From Candidatus Micrarchaeota archaeon (GTDB lineage Archaea; Micrarchaeota; Micrarchaeia; Anstonellales; Bilamarchaeaceae), in contig CAZPPT010000002.1 in assembly GCA_964588555.1 (NCBI GenBank), positions 101,979 to 165,978 on the forward strand: 64,000 bases of DNA. The letters are read 5' to 3'. The notes beneath the pieces are model-generated. The model ran no database searches. It was not told where the DNA came from and saw only the letters and a list, made by a program, of their open reading frames with translations. Position numbers and translations under genes: made by a program. Shown here one piece after another: positions 47,718 through 57,432 of the stretch; position 1 is the stretch's first letter, and each line of letters starts with the position of its first letter.

Positions 47718-49862
47718 ATGGCTGAAAACGTCTCGCTTAAGGTTGCTGAAGCATATCAAAATGATATTGGAAGGGGCATTGCACGCCTTGACTCAAAGGC
47801 AAAGGACAAGCTCGGTGTCTCAACCGGGGACATCATTGTACTTAAGGGAAAGAAATCCGCGCTCGCAATAGTCTGGCAGGCACAGCCGGACGACGAAGGG
47901 CTTGAAATCATCCGTATGGACGGGATACTACGGCAAAACGCAGGCGTCGGCCTTGGGGACAAAGTGCATGTGGAGGCAGTTGAGGTAAAGGAGGCAAAAA
48001 AGATAATGCTTGCGCCAAAAGAGCCGATGCGGTATTCCATGGGATTTGACCAGTACGTAAAACGAAGGCTTGTCGGAAAACCGGTGCTTAAGGGAAACCT
48101 GCTTCCGGTCGGGATTTTTGGCACGTCAATTCCGCTTGTCGTTGCGCAGGTATTCCCACAGGGGCCAGTCATCATCACTGAAGAGACCGAACTAAGGATC
48201 AAAAAGGAGCCTGTCAAGGACTTAACGTCAGTGCCAAACGTCACCTACGATGACGTCGGGGGGTTACGCGACGCAATGCAGAAAATGCGCGAGATGATCG
48301 AGCTTCCGCTTCGCCATCCCGAATTGTTTGAGCGCCTTGGCATAGAACCGCCAAAAGGGGTGCTCCTCTACGGTCCGCCAGGCACTGGGAAAACGCTTCT
48401 TGCAAAGGCGGTTGCAAATGAAAGTGATGCAAACTTCTTTTACATCGGGGGGCCCGAGGTAATCAGCAAGTACGTGGGTGAAAGCGAGGAGCGATTAAGG
48501 AAGCTCTTTAGGGAGGCGGAGGAAAATGCGCCAAGCATAATCTTTGTTGATGAAATTGATTCGATCGCGCCAAAGCGTGAAGAGGTATTTGGCGAGGTTG
48601 AAAAACGGCTCGTATCTCAGCTCCTTACGCTTATGGACGGCCTTAAGGCACGCGGCCAGGTCATCGTAATTGGTGCGACAAACCGGCCGGATTCGCTTGA
48701 CCCTGCGCTTCGAAGGCCTGGCAGGTTTGACCGCGAAATTGAGATAGGGGTACCTGACCGCATCGGAAGAAAGGAGATACTCTTTATCCATACGCGGAAC
48801 ATGCCGCTTGCAAAAGACGTAAACATTGAGGAGCTTGCAAACATATCGCACGGATATACCGGTGCGGACCTCTCATTCCTTGTAAAGGAGGCGGCGCTTA
48901 AGTCGCTTCGGCGGATCCTTCCGGAGATCAACCTTGAGGAGGAGTTTATCCCGCAGGAAGTGCTTGAGAAAATAACGGTTACACGGGATGATTTCTTTGA
49001 TGCGCTTCGTGAGGTGCAGCCAAGTGCGCTTCGTGAGGTGTTTGTTGAGCGTCCAACGACGACATGGAATGACATTGGCGGCCTTGAGCGGGTCAAGGCG
49101 GAGATACAGGAAGCGGCGGAGCTTCCGCTTAAAAAGCCGGAGATATTTGAACGCATGGGAATCCGACCGGTCAAGGGAATACTGCTTTATGGTCCGCCAG
49201 GCACTGGGAAAACGCTTCTTGCAAAGGCGGTTGCGCATGAAACCGAGGCAAACTTTATTGCGATCAGCGGCGCGCAGGTGCTGAGCAAATGGGTGGGGGA
49301 TTCTGAAAAAATGGTCCGCGAGCTCTTCAAGAAAGCGCGCATGTCGGCACCGTGCATCCTCTTTATCGATGAAATAGACGCAGTTGCGCCCGTACGGGGG
49401 GCTGAAGAAGGCCACCGCGTCACGGAGCGGATCGTTGATACTATGCTTACTGAAATGGACGGGCTGAAAACGCTCAAGAATGTCGTGATAATCGCGGCGT
49501 CGAACCGGCCAGACATCATAGACCCCGCACTTCTTCGTGCAGGGCGATTTGACCGGGTTATTGAAGTCCCGCTTCCTGAGGAAACGACGCGGGTGCGCAT
49601 CCTCAAGATACATAGCAAAAAGATGCCGCTTGCAGGCGATGTTGACCTTAAGGAAGTTGCGCGGATGGCCGAGAACTACACGGGTGCGGACCTTGAAAAC
49701 CTCTGCAGGGAGGCAGGCATGGGCGCGATCCGCGAGGAGAAGAAAGAAGTAAGCATTGCGCACTTTATGGAAGCGATTAAAACGATACTGCCGACGCTAC
49801 GAAAACGGGATATCGAAAGCGTCGAGAAATTCAAGACGACCGTTGCAACGATGTACAGGTAA
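47718..49862 (+). CDS. cdc48: Cdc48/VAT-type AAA+ ATPase with N-domain and two AAA modules
   Basis: N-domain LKVAEAYQNDIGRGIARLD, Walker A LLYGPPGTGKTLLAKAVA twice, Walker B IIFVDEIDS and ILFIDEIDA, SRH arginines. ORF listed from 47610; start chosen at MAENVSLK. Confidence 0.85.
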   Translation: MAENVSLKVAEAYQNDIGRGIARLDSKAKDKLGVSTGDIIVLKGKKSALAIVWQAQPDDEGLEIIRMDGILRQNAGVGLGDKVHVEAVEVKEAKKIMLAPKEPMRYSMGFDQYVKRRLVGKPVLKGNLLPVGIFGTSIPLVVAQVFPQGPVIITEETELRIKKEPVKDLTSVPNVTYDDVGGLRDAMQKMREMIELPLRHPELFERLGIEPPKGVLLYGPPGTGKTLLAKAVANESDANFFYIGGPEVISKYVGESEERLRKLFREAEENAPSIIFVDEIDSIAPKREEVFGEVEKRLVSQLLTLMDGLKARGQVIVIGATNRPDSLDPALRRPGRFDREIEIGVPDRIGRKEILFIHTRNMPLAKDVNIEELANISHGYTGADLSFLVKEAALKSLRRILPEINLEEEFIPQEVLEKITVTRDDFFDALREVQPSALREVFVERPTTTWNDIGGLERVKAEIQEAAELPLKKPEIFERMGIRPVKGILLYGPPGTGKTLLAKAVAHETEANFIAISGAQVLSKWVGDSEKMVRELFKKARMSAPCILFIDEIDAVAPVRGAEEGHRVTERIVDTMLTEMDGLKTLKNVVIIAASNRPDIIDPALLRAGRFDRVIEVPLPEETTRVRILKIHSKKMPLAGDVDLKEVARMAENYTGADLENLCREAGMGAIREEKKEVSIAHFMEAIKTILPTLRKRDIESVEKFKTTVATMYR

Positions 49863-49866
49863 TGCC

Positions 49867-50247
49867 ATGAAGCTGGGCCTTTTTGTAAAGCTGTTCCTCG
49901 TATCGAGCGCCCTTGCGCTTCTTGCATTTGCACTTACCCCAAGCACGGACATTTTATTTCTCCTTAAGGCCCTTGCGCTTGGTATGGCAATAAGCATTAT
50001 CGGCGCGCTTGCGTATCCGGAAATCCGGGGCGTAAAGAGGGGAGACGCTGTTTCCGTAGTCATATCAAATTCGATCCCCTCGTTTATCGGGCGCGTTGGC
50101 AGGGCGCTCTCGAATGCACGGAAAAACAGCGAACTACGGGTACGGTTTGACAATGGGGAGGAAGCAGTGGGCATAGTGGAAAGTTATGCCGGACTTATCT
50201 CGCTGCCAAAGATTCGAATCATTTACGAAGAAAAGATGATCGAGTGA
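49867..50247 (+). CDS. small membrane protein
   Basis: Two hydrophobic helices (LGLFVKLFLVSSALALLAFAL, LKALALGMAISIIGALAY). ORF listed from 49756. Confidence 0.35.
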   Translation: MKLGLFVKLFLVSSALALLAFALTPSTDILFLLKALALGMAISIIGALAYPEIRGVKRGDAVSVVISNSIPSFIGRVGRALSNARKNSELRVRFDNGEEAVGIVESYAGLISLPKIRIIYEEKMIE

Positions 50248-50287
50248 GTTGCCAAAGGCATATAAACCACAAAAGGGTAATGCAGGT

Positions 50288-50977
50288 ATGCAAATATATG
50301 TTGAAGAAGACGAGGCAAAGCAGATTCTCATATCCGTGCTTGCGCTTTCAGTCGCATTTACGATCCTTTACAGCGGGGGCATCAGCGAGGCGCTTCGCTA
50401 CCCGACCGCATTTCTTGTGTTTGTCGCACTTTCACTTGTAACCGTTGGAAGCGGATTTATCCTCCATGAGATGGCGCATAAGCTCCTTGCGATCAGGTAC
50501 GGCGCATACGCCCGGTTTAACATGTGGATGCAGGGGCTTGTCCTTATGTTCATTACGTCGCTCTTTGGCTTTCTGTTTGCGGCACCGGGCGCAGTATACA
50601 TCTATTCGCAGCGGATTACGCAACGGCAGAACGGCATGATATCGCTTGTCGGGCCGCTCGTAAATGTTGCACTTGCACTTGTGTTCCTGGTGCTCCAGGC
50701 CATACGGCCGGTCACGTTCAATTTTCCTTTTTTTAATGAACCGTTTCCGGTCTGGCAGTTCGGGGTTCAGATAAACACGATACTTGCGCTTTTCAACATG
50801 ATACCCGCATTTCCGCTTGATGGAAGCAAGGTATTTGCGTGGAGCAAGGTAGCGTGGGGCGCGTTTATCGCAATTACCCTTCTCTTTGGCCTTATCGTGT
50901 TTGGGGTCGGCCTTGTCCTTTCCTGGCTTATGCTCCTTCTTATTATGCTTGCGCTTTCAAGGCTCATATTCCGGTGA
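50288..50977 (+). CDS. site-2-protease-family (M50) intramembrane metalloprotease
   Basis: HExxH inside a TM helix (FILHEMAHKL) and the second S2P motif FPLDGSKV. Confidence 0.6.
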   Translation: MQIYVEEDEAKQILISVLALSVAFTILYSGGISEALRYPTAFLVFVALSLVTVGSGFILHEMAHKLLAIRYGAYARFNMWMQGLVLMFITSLFGFLFAAPGAVYIYSQRITQRQNGMISLVGPLVNVALALVFLVLQAIRPVTFNFPFFNEPFPVWQFGVQINTILALFNMIPAFPLDGSKVFAWSKVAWGAFIAITLLFGLIVFGVGLVLSWLMLLLIMLALSRLIFR

Positions 50978-51000
50978 TTAGAAGGTAAAAAAAGCACGGC

Positions 51001-51558
51001 CTAGAAATAGCGGACTCTTGATTTTACGACGTCCATCCGTTTCATGACTGCGTCATATGAACCATAATTTGCGTACCCCTGTAGGAACGCGTCCCGAAAC
51101 GATTTTTCTGAAAGCGAATTAAGCATCGTTAATACGTCCACCGCCTTGTCCTCAACATCGTCGCTAAAAAACCCAAGGCCAAAATCAATGACATGCAAAG
51201 AGCGAGAAAAAATGAGGTTTGCAAATGTAAAATCCCCATGGATAATGTCCGCTTCATGAAGTTTAGCAAGAAGCATCCCTGCTCCTTTTGCGTTCTCAGT
51301 ATGTACTTCTGGCCGAGTCCCATCTATAAAGGTAAGATAAAGGGATGATGGGCCAACATATAATACAGTCGGGCACAAAACGCCTCCCTTTTTTGCCTTA
51401 TGTAAGAGACGCGCCTCGATCCTCGTGCGGGTTTTTCTTAAACGGATATCAAGCTCCTTAGCGCGATACGATTTTGGAATACGGTCCTTGACGGCGATTT
51501 TTTTACCGATGAATTCTGAAAATGAAACAACTGCTTCTGCGCCTTTCATAAATGTCAA
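51001..51558 (-). CDS. bud32: Bud32-type atypical protein kinase (KEOPS subunit)
   Basis: IIHGDFTFANLIF, VIDFGLGFFS and EDKAVDV match the Bud32/RIO-like catalytic loop and DFG region. Confidence 0.7.
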   Translation of the reverse strand: MTFMKGAEAVVSFSEFIGKKIAVKDRIPKSYRAKELDIRLRKTRTRIEARLLHKAKKGGVLCPTVLYVGPSSLYLTFIDGTRPEVHTENAKGAGMLLAKLHEADIIHGDFTFANLIFSRSLHVIDFGLGFFSDDVEDKAVDVLTMLNSLSEKSFRDAFLQGYANYGSYDAVMKRMDVVKSRVRYF

Positions 51559-51570
51559 CTATTGTAGGGT

Positions 51571-51960
51571 TCATTTCAAAAATAATACCTTTTTTTCACC
51601 TTTAAAGTGATTTTCATCACCTGTAATGATAGTTAAATCATGTAAACGAGCTTGCGCCATTATAATAACGTCCACGATGCCAATATCCTTGAATACTTTT
51701 CTCTTTTCGACGTATAGGTAGGCCGCATATTTACTTACCTCGTTATCAACTGGAATAGATTTTGAAAAAGAGTTTATTGTTACATACGCTTCATCTGGAA
51801 CTTTACCGTTTTTCAATAGTTTTATCATTACTTCAGCAATTGACAGAGTAGAGGTAAAAATTTCATTTGAGTTATTTTCTATCAATTGTTTTACCTTTTC
51901 TCCTTTACTACTTCCATCAAAATATTCGATCCACGCATACCTGTCAAGAATATATTTAGT
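51571..51960 (-). CDS. PIN-domain toxin (VapC-like)
   Basis: MTKYILDRYAWIEYF, and VDVIIMAQARLHDLTIITGDENHF near the C-terminus. ORF listed to 52017. Confidence 0.5.
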   Translation of the reverse strand, partial: TKYILDRYAWIEYFDGSSKGEKVKQLIENNSNEIFTSTLSIAEVMIKLLKNGKVPDEAYVTINSFSKSIPVDNEVSKYAAYLYVEKRKVFKDIGIVDVIIMAQARLHDLTIITGDENHFKGEKKVLFLK

Positions 51961-52153
51961 CATGAATATGCAACTCGTCTTCTTTTGTGAATGAACCAAT
52001 GCCCCGATATAACCCAAAACCGCTCTTCTTGACTTTTTTAACCGCTATTTCAACTGGCTCATTTGGATGAATATTGAGAAGTTCTACGAGCTGTTTTGGG
52101 ATAGTAACCATAAGAGAACCTCCAACACTTACGGTCTTAGATATGAATTCCAT
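51956..52153 (-). CDS. AbrB/SpoVT-type antitoxin-like protein
   Basis: GGSLMVTIPKQLVELLNI swapped-hairpin motif. It overlaps the PIN gene start. Confidence 0.5.
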   Translation of the reverse strand: MEFISKTVSVGGSLMVTIPKQLVELLNIHPNEPVEIAVKKVKKSGFGLYRGIGSFTKEDELHIHD

Positions 52154-52347
52154 TTAATCACCTGTTTAATTTAATTAAACAAAGTATTTAATAAACTAGT
52201 GGTAATCAGACCATATGTTGAAAAAGTATTTCATTATGAAAGCACCGATGAAGGAAAATACAAAAAAGGAAAATCCGACAACAATGGCATAATACAAATT
52301 ATGCCTGCGACAGCAACCTAAATCATAAAAATACGCTCGTCAAACTG

Positions 52348-52509
52348 CTCTCAAACGCAGTTAATCCGTTTCTTATTCCCCGATGTGCAAAATAAATCGT
52401 AATTTAATTTCTCATTTATTGCAGCGGATAAAACAAGAAAAAAGATGCCGAGCAGAATAAGCGCAAGCGCTTGTAGCTCAGCCACCTTGAAAAATTTTTT
52501 ATCTTCCAT
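52348..52509 (-). CDS. candidate 53-aa single-TM micro-protein (below the ORF-track length cutoff)
   Basis: MEDKKFFKVAELQALALILLGIFFLVLSAAINEKLNYDLFCTSGNKKRINCV, with SD-like AAGGTGA 8 nt upstream. Confidence 0.25.
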
Positions 52510-52583
52510 AAACAAATTCACCTTTTAATCTTTCTTCTACTTTGCCTACCAATAACGCAGTAAAGGAAAAACAATAAATGACG

Positions 52584-53894
52584 TCAATCCAAAAGCCATT
52601 TCCAGATCGGTTTTATAGTTATTTTTTTACCATTCACGGTGAGTTCTTCTGTTTGGTCTTTTGTTAGTATCAGCCCGCCTTGTAATTTAAAAAAGTTGAG
52701 TGCCCCAAGCAACCCGTTTATTTCACGATCATGGGTTTTTTCATCCAGTTTGTAGCATACTTGTATCGCCTGGCTGATTTTTCCTTTTTTATTTATAACA
52801 AAATCGCATTCCAGATTGTTGTCTGATTTATAATAAAATATACTTTTGTTTTCCACATTCCCCTCTCTTCTGAATAGTTCTATAAAAACAATATTTTCGC
52901 ATATCCTGCCGAAATCCTCTGCTTCATTCGTAAGAAAATGAATATACCCTGTATCGAATAGGTATATTTTTGATTTTGAAAACTCGCTTTTCTTAAATGA
53001 TTTGGAATACTCTCGCACATAGCAAAGCATAAATACGTCTTCTAATGCGGCAAGAATGTGGTATATGTCCTCTAAGCTATATGGTAATTTATTTGATTTG
53101 AGATAGCGTTCATATGCAGAAATGGAAAAAGTATTGCCAAAAAGATTAAGAAGGTATTTCATTGTTACTTCAACTAACCGTATATTTTTCAAGGCAAGCC
53201 GCTCAACAAGATCTTTATAGAGTACTGAATCAAAATAATTGTTTATTATTTTATTCTTAAGTGCCAGTTCAGTGCTTAAGACCACTTCGGGAAACCCGCC
53301 ATATTTTGCGTATTCATCAAACTGTTTTTTTATTTCAAATGCAGTATCCCCATATTCAAAATTCTTTTCTGGTGTGATCCCTCTTGTTTTTAGATATTCG
53401 AAAAAAGAAAATGGTAAAAGCAGATAAGAGAGCGACTTGCCCCGGAGAGCCGTTGCTATCTCTTTACTTAATAACTTTGAATTTGACCCTGTAATCGTTA
53501 CCGGATAATGCTCGTTTAGCAGACCAACAATAAACGGTTCCCAGTTTTTTACATTCTGAAGTTCATCAAAAAAGAAAACCAGTTTTTCTTTTGAAAAAAA
53601 CTCCTTTGAGTAGTCTAAAATTTTACTTAGATCACGTGCTGTTATTTCACTTAAGAGATTGTCATCAAAATTTATGAATACCCAGTCTTTGTCTTTTTGT
53701 TTTTTTATCATATTATACGTATAGTATGTTTTGCCTGCCTTTCGTGGACCGATAAGGATAGTTGCTTTATCGAGCTTTGTTTCGTATATTTGTAGATCTC
53801 TTTCATAAATACGTTCTGGCAGTAATTGCCGGTACTTAAGTATTATCCGTTTGATATCATCGTCGATCATATATACATTAGAAAGTAGCAACAT
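52584..53894 (-). CDS. AAA-superfamily ATPase, archaeal ATPase/DUF4143 type (paralogue of 31848..33083)
   Basis: Walker A LIGPRKAGKTYYT and Walker B FFFDELQN. Confidence 0.6.
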   Translation of the reverse strand: MLLLSNVYMIDDDIKRIILKYRQLLPERIYERDLQIYETKLDKATILIGPRKAGKTYYTYNMIKKQKDKDWVFINFDDNLLSEITARDLSKILDYSKEFFSKEKLVFFFDELQNVKNWEPFIVGLLNEHYPVTITGSNSKLLSKEIATALRGKSLSYLLLPFSFFEYLKTRGITPEKNFEYGDTAFEIKKQFDEYAKYGGFPEVVLSTELALKNKIINNYFDSVLYKDLVERLALKNIRLVEVTMKYLLNLFGNTFSISAYERYLKSNKLPYSLEDIYHILAALEDVFMLCYVREYSKSFKKSEFSKSKIYLFDTGYIHFLTNEAEDFGRICENIVFIELFRREGNVENKSIFYYKSDNNLECDFVINKKGKISQAIQVCYKLDEKTHDREINGLLGALNFFKLQGGLILTKDQTEELTVNGKKITIKPIWKWLLD

Positions 53895-53967
53895 ATAAAG
53901 CTTACGCTTTTCCGTAAGAAATTAACTATTTTTCTTACGCTTTTCCGTAAGTTTTATCCAACGGCAA

Positions 53968-55011
53968 TTACATCTTGATTTTCCGCCTAAACTTAATATA
54001 AGTTGCATAGGAGATGTACTGTTTTCGCGCAACGTGGTCCTTGACAAGCGGCGCCTTATTCCTTTTTTCCTCAATACGGTCAGTAACCGTAAGTGCAAAC
54101 GAATCGCTTCCCGCACCGCTTCCATAGGAAGTTACCAGTATCCGGTTTCCCGTTTTCGCTTCGTCAAGCACTGCCGCAAGGCCAAGGATGCTTGCACCAG
54201 AATAAGTATTCCCAATAATAGGGGTAAGCAGCCCCGCCTTCATCTTCTCAGGCGCAATGCCCATCTGCTTACCAAGCTGGATTGGGAATTTTGCATTTGG
54301 CTGGTGGAACACGATATAGTCGAAATCATTTGCCTTCATACCGACTTTCTCAAGAAGCCCCTCAGTTGCCTTGCCAACGTGCTTAAAGTATGCCGGTTCA
54401 CCAGTGAACCTACCGCCATGGAGCGGGTAATCACTTCCTTGCCTTCGCCAGAAGTCAGGAGTGTCGGTCGTGTACGAGTATGTCGCATCGATAGTTGCAA
54501 GTGACTCCTTTTCCGGGCCGACAATATATGCTGCTGCACCGCTTCCTGCACTGTACTCAAGTGCGTCACCAGGCCTTCCCTGCGCAGTGTCTGCACCGAT
54601 CGCTAAGCCATACGCAATGTGGCCTGCGGACACCATGCCGCTTACCATCTGAATACCGGCAGTACCTGCCTTGCATGCAAACTCTAGGTCCGCGGCAGTT
54701 GTCGCAGGCGTTGCACCGATCGCCTCCGCAACAATGGTTGCAGTCGGCTTGACTGCATACGGGTGTGACTCGCTTCCAACATACACCGCACCGATACGGG
54801 AGGGATTTATCCCTGCACGCAAAAGTGCACCTCGTGACGCTTCTGTGGCAAGCGTTGCCGCATCCTCATCAACTCCGCCCACTGCCTTTTCAAGAATCCC
54901 AAGTCCTTTTTCGATGCGTGCCGTCTCTTCGCCCCATACGGAGGCGATTTCAGCAGTCTTGATCCGATAAGATGGGATATAAACGCCATAACCTACAATG
55001 CCTGTTTTCAT
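53968..55011 (-). CDS. hydroxymethylglutaryl-CoA synthase, archaeal type
   Basis: [18 protein letters not shown]-terminus, active-site Cys context [12 protein letters not shown], thiolase-fold His/Asn region. ORF listed to 55131. Confidence 0.7.
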   Translation of the reverse strand: MKTGIVGYGVYIPSYRIKTAEIASVWGEETARIEKGLGILEKAVGGVDEDAATLATEASRGALLRAGINPSRIGAVYVGSESHPYAVKPTATIVAEAIGATPATTAADLEFACKAGTAGIQMVSGMVSAGHIAYGLAIGADTAQGRPGDALEYSAGSGAAAYIVGPEKESLATIDATYSYTTDTPDFWRRQGSDYPLHGGRFTGEPAYFKHVGKATEGLLEKVGMKANDFDYIVFHQPNAKFPIQLGKQMGIAPEKMKAGLLTPIIGNTYSGASILGLAAVLDEAKTGNRILVTSYGSGAGSDSFALTVTDRIEEKRNKAPLVKDHVARKQYISYATYIKFRRKIKM

Positions 55012-55159
55012 AATAACACCTAAGATGAGTAATAAAGACATATGCACGCAAAGGAATAAAAGGATGTTTATATGGCGATGGCGGCTACGGCAGATGTCGA
55101 TACGAAAAGAAGTGGAAATCCACCGATCCATTTTTATTTATTGTGAGCGCACTCATTCC

Positions 55160-55651
55160 ATGGCATACACGCTTGGAGACGCCCAAAAACAGCTCCGGGC
55201 AGGAAAACTGCGCGACGCAGGCAGGGCGCTCGATTACCTTATAAGTCAGGATAGGTCAAACAGCAAGCTATGGTACCTGCGCGGCCTTGTGTCACTTCGT
55301 ACAAAGAATTATGACTATGCGCATGAATGCTTCGTACACGCCCTTGAACTTGAGAAGAAGGCGGCATACTACAAGATACGCGGCATGGCACATATGGAAA
55401 AATACGAATTTGAGGATGCGCTTGAACAGTTTGAGGCTGCTCGGGCGCTTGAGGAAAACGATACTGAAAATTATTTTTACATTGCATTATGCCACCTGTT
55501 CCGTAACAACCCTGCTGCAAAGACATACCTGGAAAAGGCATATCGGCACAACAGTACAAAAACAAAAAAAATGATACGGGATTTTTTTGAAACGTTCTTT
55601 CATAGCAGCGGTGATGCGCACCGGTTTCTTGGTAAGTTAAACCGCCTTTGA
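55160..55651 (+). CDS. TPR-repeat protein
   Basis: Three 34-aa units with the W/Y-LG-Y-A-F-P-like pattern (WYLRGLVSL...YDYAHECFVHALEL, YKIRGMAHM...FEDALEQFEAARAL). Confidence 0.45.
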   Translation: MAYTLGDAQKQLRAGKLRDAGRALDYLISQDRSNSKLWYLRGLVSLRTKNYDYAHECFVHALELEKKAAYYKIRGMAHMEKYEFEDALEQFEAARALEENDTENYFYIALCHLFRNNPAAKTYLEKAYRHNSTKTKKMIRDFFETFFHSSGDAHRFLGKLNRL

Positions 55652-56557
55652 ATCCCTAAGGCGTTTCTTGATCTTTGCAAGCCATACTCTCTCATTTATT
55701 TCCGCTATGCTAATTTTTTGAAGGATTGATGAGAAAAGGACGTTCATGGAAGACGTATCACGCCACGTCCGCTTTTGTTTTTTAAGGGTAAGCAGGTACG
55801 AGTAACTTGCAAGAAGCATATGGCGAAGGCGGCGCAGAAGTCTGCGCTCCTCGTGTTCGGTACGGGCGGCTTCCTTAAGAAGGACCTCCTGGTTATAGAT
55901 GCCTTTTGTGCTCTTTTTGAGTTCCTGCCTTTTTTCAAGCGCCTCTGCCCGAAGCTCCTTTATCCGTTCAAGAAACTTGTTGATGACCGGTTCGATAAAC
56001 GGCTCATGAAGGATAATAAGCCAGCCCTCCTTACGCAGTTCGCGGTTTTTCCGTTTTATCACCATGAGGACTTCGTCTTTATCCATCCGGTCCTCAAGAA
56101 GGCCCAAAAGCACCGGCCAGGTGGCCTCAAGGGACCTGCGGTCTATCGAGCCGGACCACTGCCGCAGAAAGTCGCGCGCCTCATAGAGCTGCCTGCGAAG
56201 GGATTTAATGCGCAGGAGTTCCTTCTGGCAGGTGGGGGAATCCATTTTCTTAAAATCAAGAAGCCAGGTGACGCGCTTAAGAATTTCCGAGAGGTGCGGG
56301 TCGTCAAGAAGCGATGTGACATATAATGGAAAATGCTTTTGCAAAAGCCCGAGTTCCTGGAGATTTTCGTAAAGGTACTCAAGGACCTCAAAGCGCTTTT
56401 TCTTTATGTCCTTTTTTGCCTGTGCAAGGCGCTCGCGGGTTTCCGCATCGCGCATAACCTGGTATTCCTTGCCAAGCAATGCCTGCTTTTCCTCAAGCAC
56501 CGCAAGTTCTCCTGCCGCATCCTCAAGATAGTCGATAAGCATGGCAATTACTTGCAT
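55637..56557 (-). CDS. coiled-coil hypothetical protein
   Basis: 306 aa, E/K/L/R-rich. It overlaps the upstream Cys-rich gene by 10 nt. Confidence 0.35.
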   Translation of the reverse strand: MQVIAMLIDYLEDAAGELAVLEEKQALLGKEYQVMRDAETRERLAQAKKDIKKKRFEVLEYLYENLQELGLLQKHFPLYVTSLLDDPHLSEILKRVTWLLDFKKMDSPTCQKELLRIKSLRRQLYEARDFLRQWSGSIDRRSLEATWPVLLGLLEDRMDKDEVLMVIKRKNRELRKEGWLIILHEPFIEPVINKFLERIKELRAEALEKRQELKKSTKGIYNQEVLLKEAARTEHEERRLLRRLRHMLLASYSYLLTLKKQKRTWRDTSSMNVLFSSILQKISIAEINERVWLAKIKKRLRDSKAV

Positions 56558-57432
56558 GTATGCGATTTCTCATCGCACACTTCTCCCTGCACGCAGTCCT
56601 CATCAACGGAACAAAATCCAAGCTTTGCATCGCACACGTGCGTTATGCGGTCGCAGGTTTCCCACGTATTACAGTCGTTGTTGCTTGAACAGAACCCGCG
56701 ACGTGCTACGCATGCATGGGACTTGTCATCGCAGTACTCCCACTCTGAGCACTCATTGTCATGGTCGCAGAAACCCTGCACTGCAACGCAGCGCCTGTTT
56801 TCAAGGTCGCAGGTCTGCCATTTGCCGCAATCGCCGTCATTGTCGCAAAAGCCCTTCCGTGGTTCGCAGATATTGGTCTTAAGGTCGCACTCCTGCCATG
56901 CACCGCAGTTTGCATTCTCATTACACCTGCCTTCAAGCACCTGGCATTTTCCCTGCTCAATGTTGCATCGTTCATGGCCTTGGCAATCGAGGTTCGTTTT
57001 ACAAAGGCCGGGCTTCGGAGTACATTTATGGAATGTGGGGTTACAATATTCCTGCGCCTCGTCGCACTGGTTGTTGTTTGAGCAAAAGCCGGGTGCGGGG
57101 TTGCACGTATTGTTTGCACCGCACACCTGCCACGTATCGCAGTCGGCAGTTACGCGGCACCGGTCCTGCTTAAATTCACAAAGGTGCGTGGTTTGGTCAC
57201 ACCGTAAAAGAGTATCGTTGCATGCCGCATCAGCAGTGCAAAACCCTTCGCGTGTCTCGCATACCTTTTTTTCCAGGTTGCACCGCTGCCAATCCTTGCA
57301 GTTCTTGTCCGTCGTACAGCCGGCTGAAGTGCCGCTACACCCAAACGCAACGAGCAAAAAAACAAATCCAATAAAAAGTACCAGTCTTGAATTCATAGGA
57401 TCACTTAACCTAGTTACAATTGTTGTAGTCAT
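56548..57432 (-). CDS. Cys-rich tandem-repeat secreted lipoprotein-like protein (~10 repeats of ~27 aa)
   Basis: Signal and lipobox-like LVLFIGFVFLLVAFGCSG. Repeats of the form GFC-x3-[DN]C-x2-W[QE]xCD-x5-C. It overlaps the HAD gene by 4 nt. Confidence 0.5.
   Translation of the reverse strand: MTTTIVTRLSDPMNSRLVLFIGFVFLLVAFGCSGTSAGCTTDKNCKDWQRCNLEKKVCETREGFCTADAACNDTLLRCDQTTHLCEFKQDRCRVTADCDTWQVCGANNTCNPAPGFCSNNNQCDEAQEYCNPTFHKCTPKPGLCKTNLDCQGHERCNIEQGKCQVLEGRCNENANCGAWQECDLKTNICEPRKGFCDNDGDCGKWQTCDLENRRCVAVQGFCDHDNECSEWEYCDDKSHACVARRGFCSSNNDCNTWETCDRITHVCDAKLGFCSVDEDCVQGEVCDEKSHTCK

Noticed and set aside
48873-49763. 296-aa minus-strand ORF and neighbours (48617..49174, 49187..49618)
   Set aside because: They are antisense to the well-supported Cdc48 gene, with no motifs.
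54034-54504. 156-aa plus-strand ORF
   Set aside because: It is antisense within the HMG-CoA synthase gene.
55775-56326. 183-aa plus-strand ORF
   Set aside because: It is antisense to the 306-aa coiled-coil gene, which fits the minus-strand operon (start/stop overlap with the upstream gene). The plus-strand translation is less protein-like.
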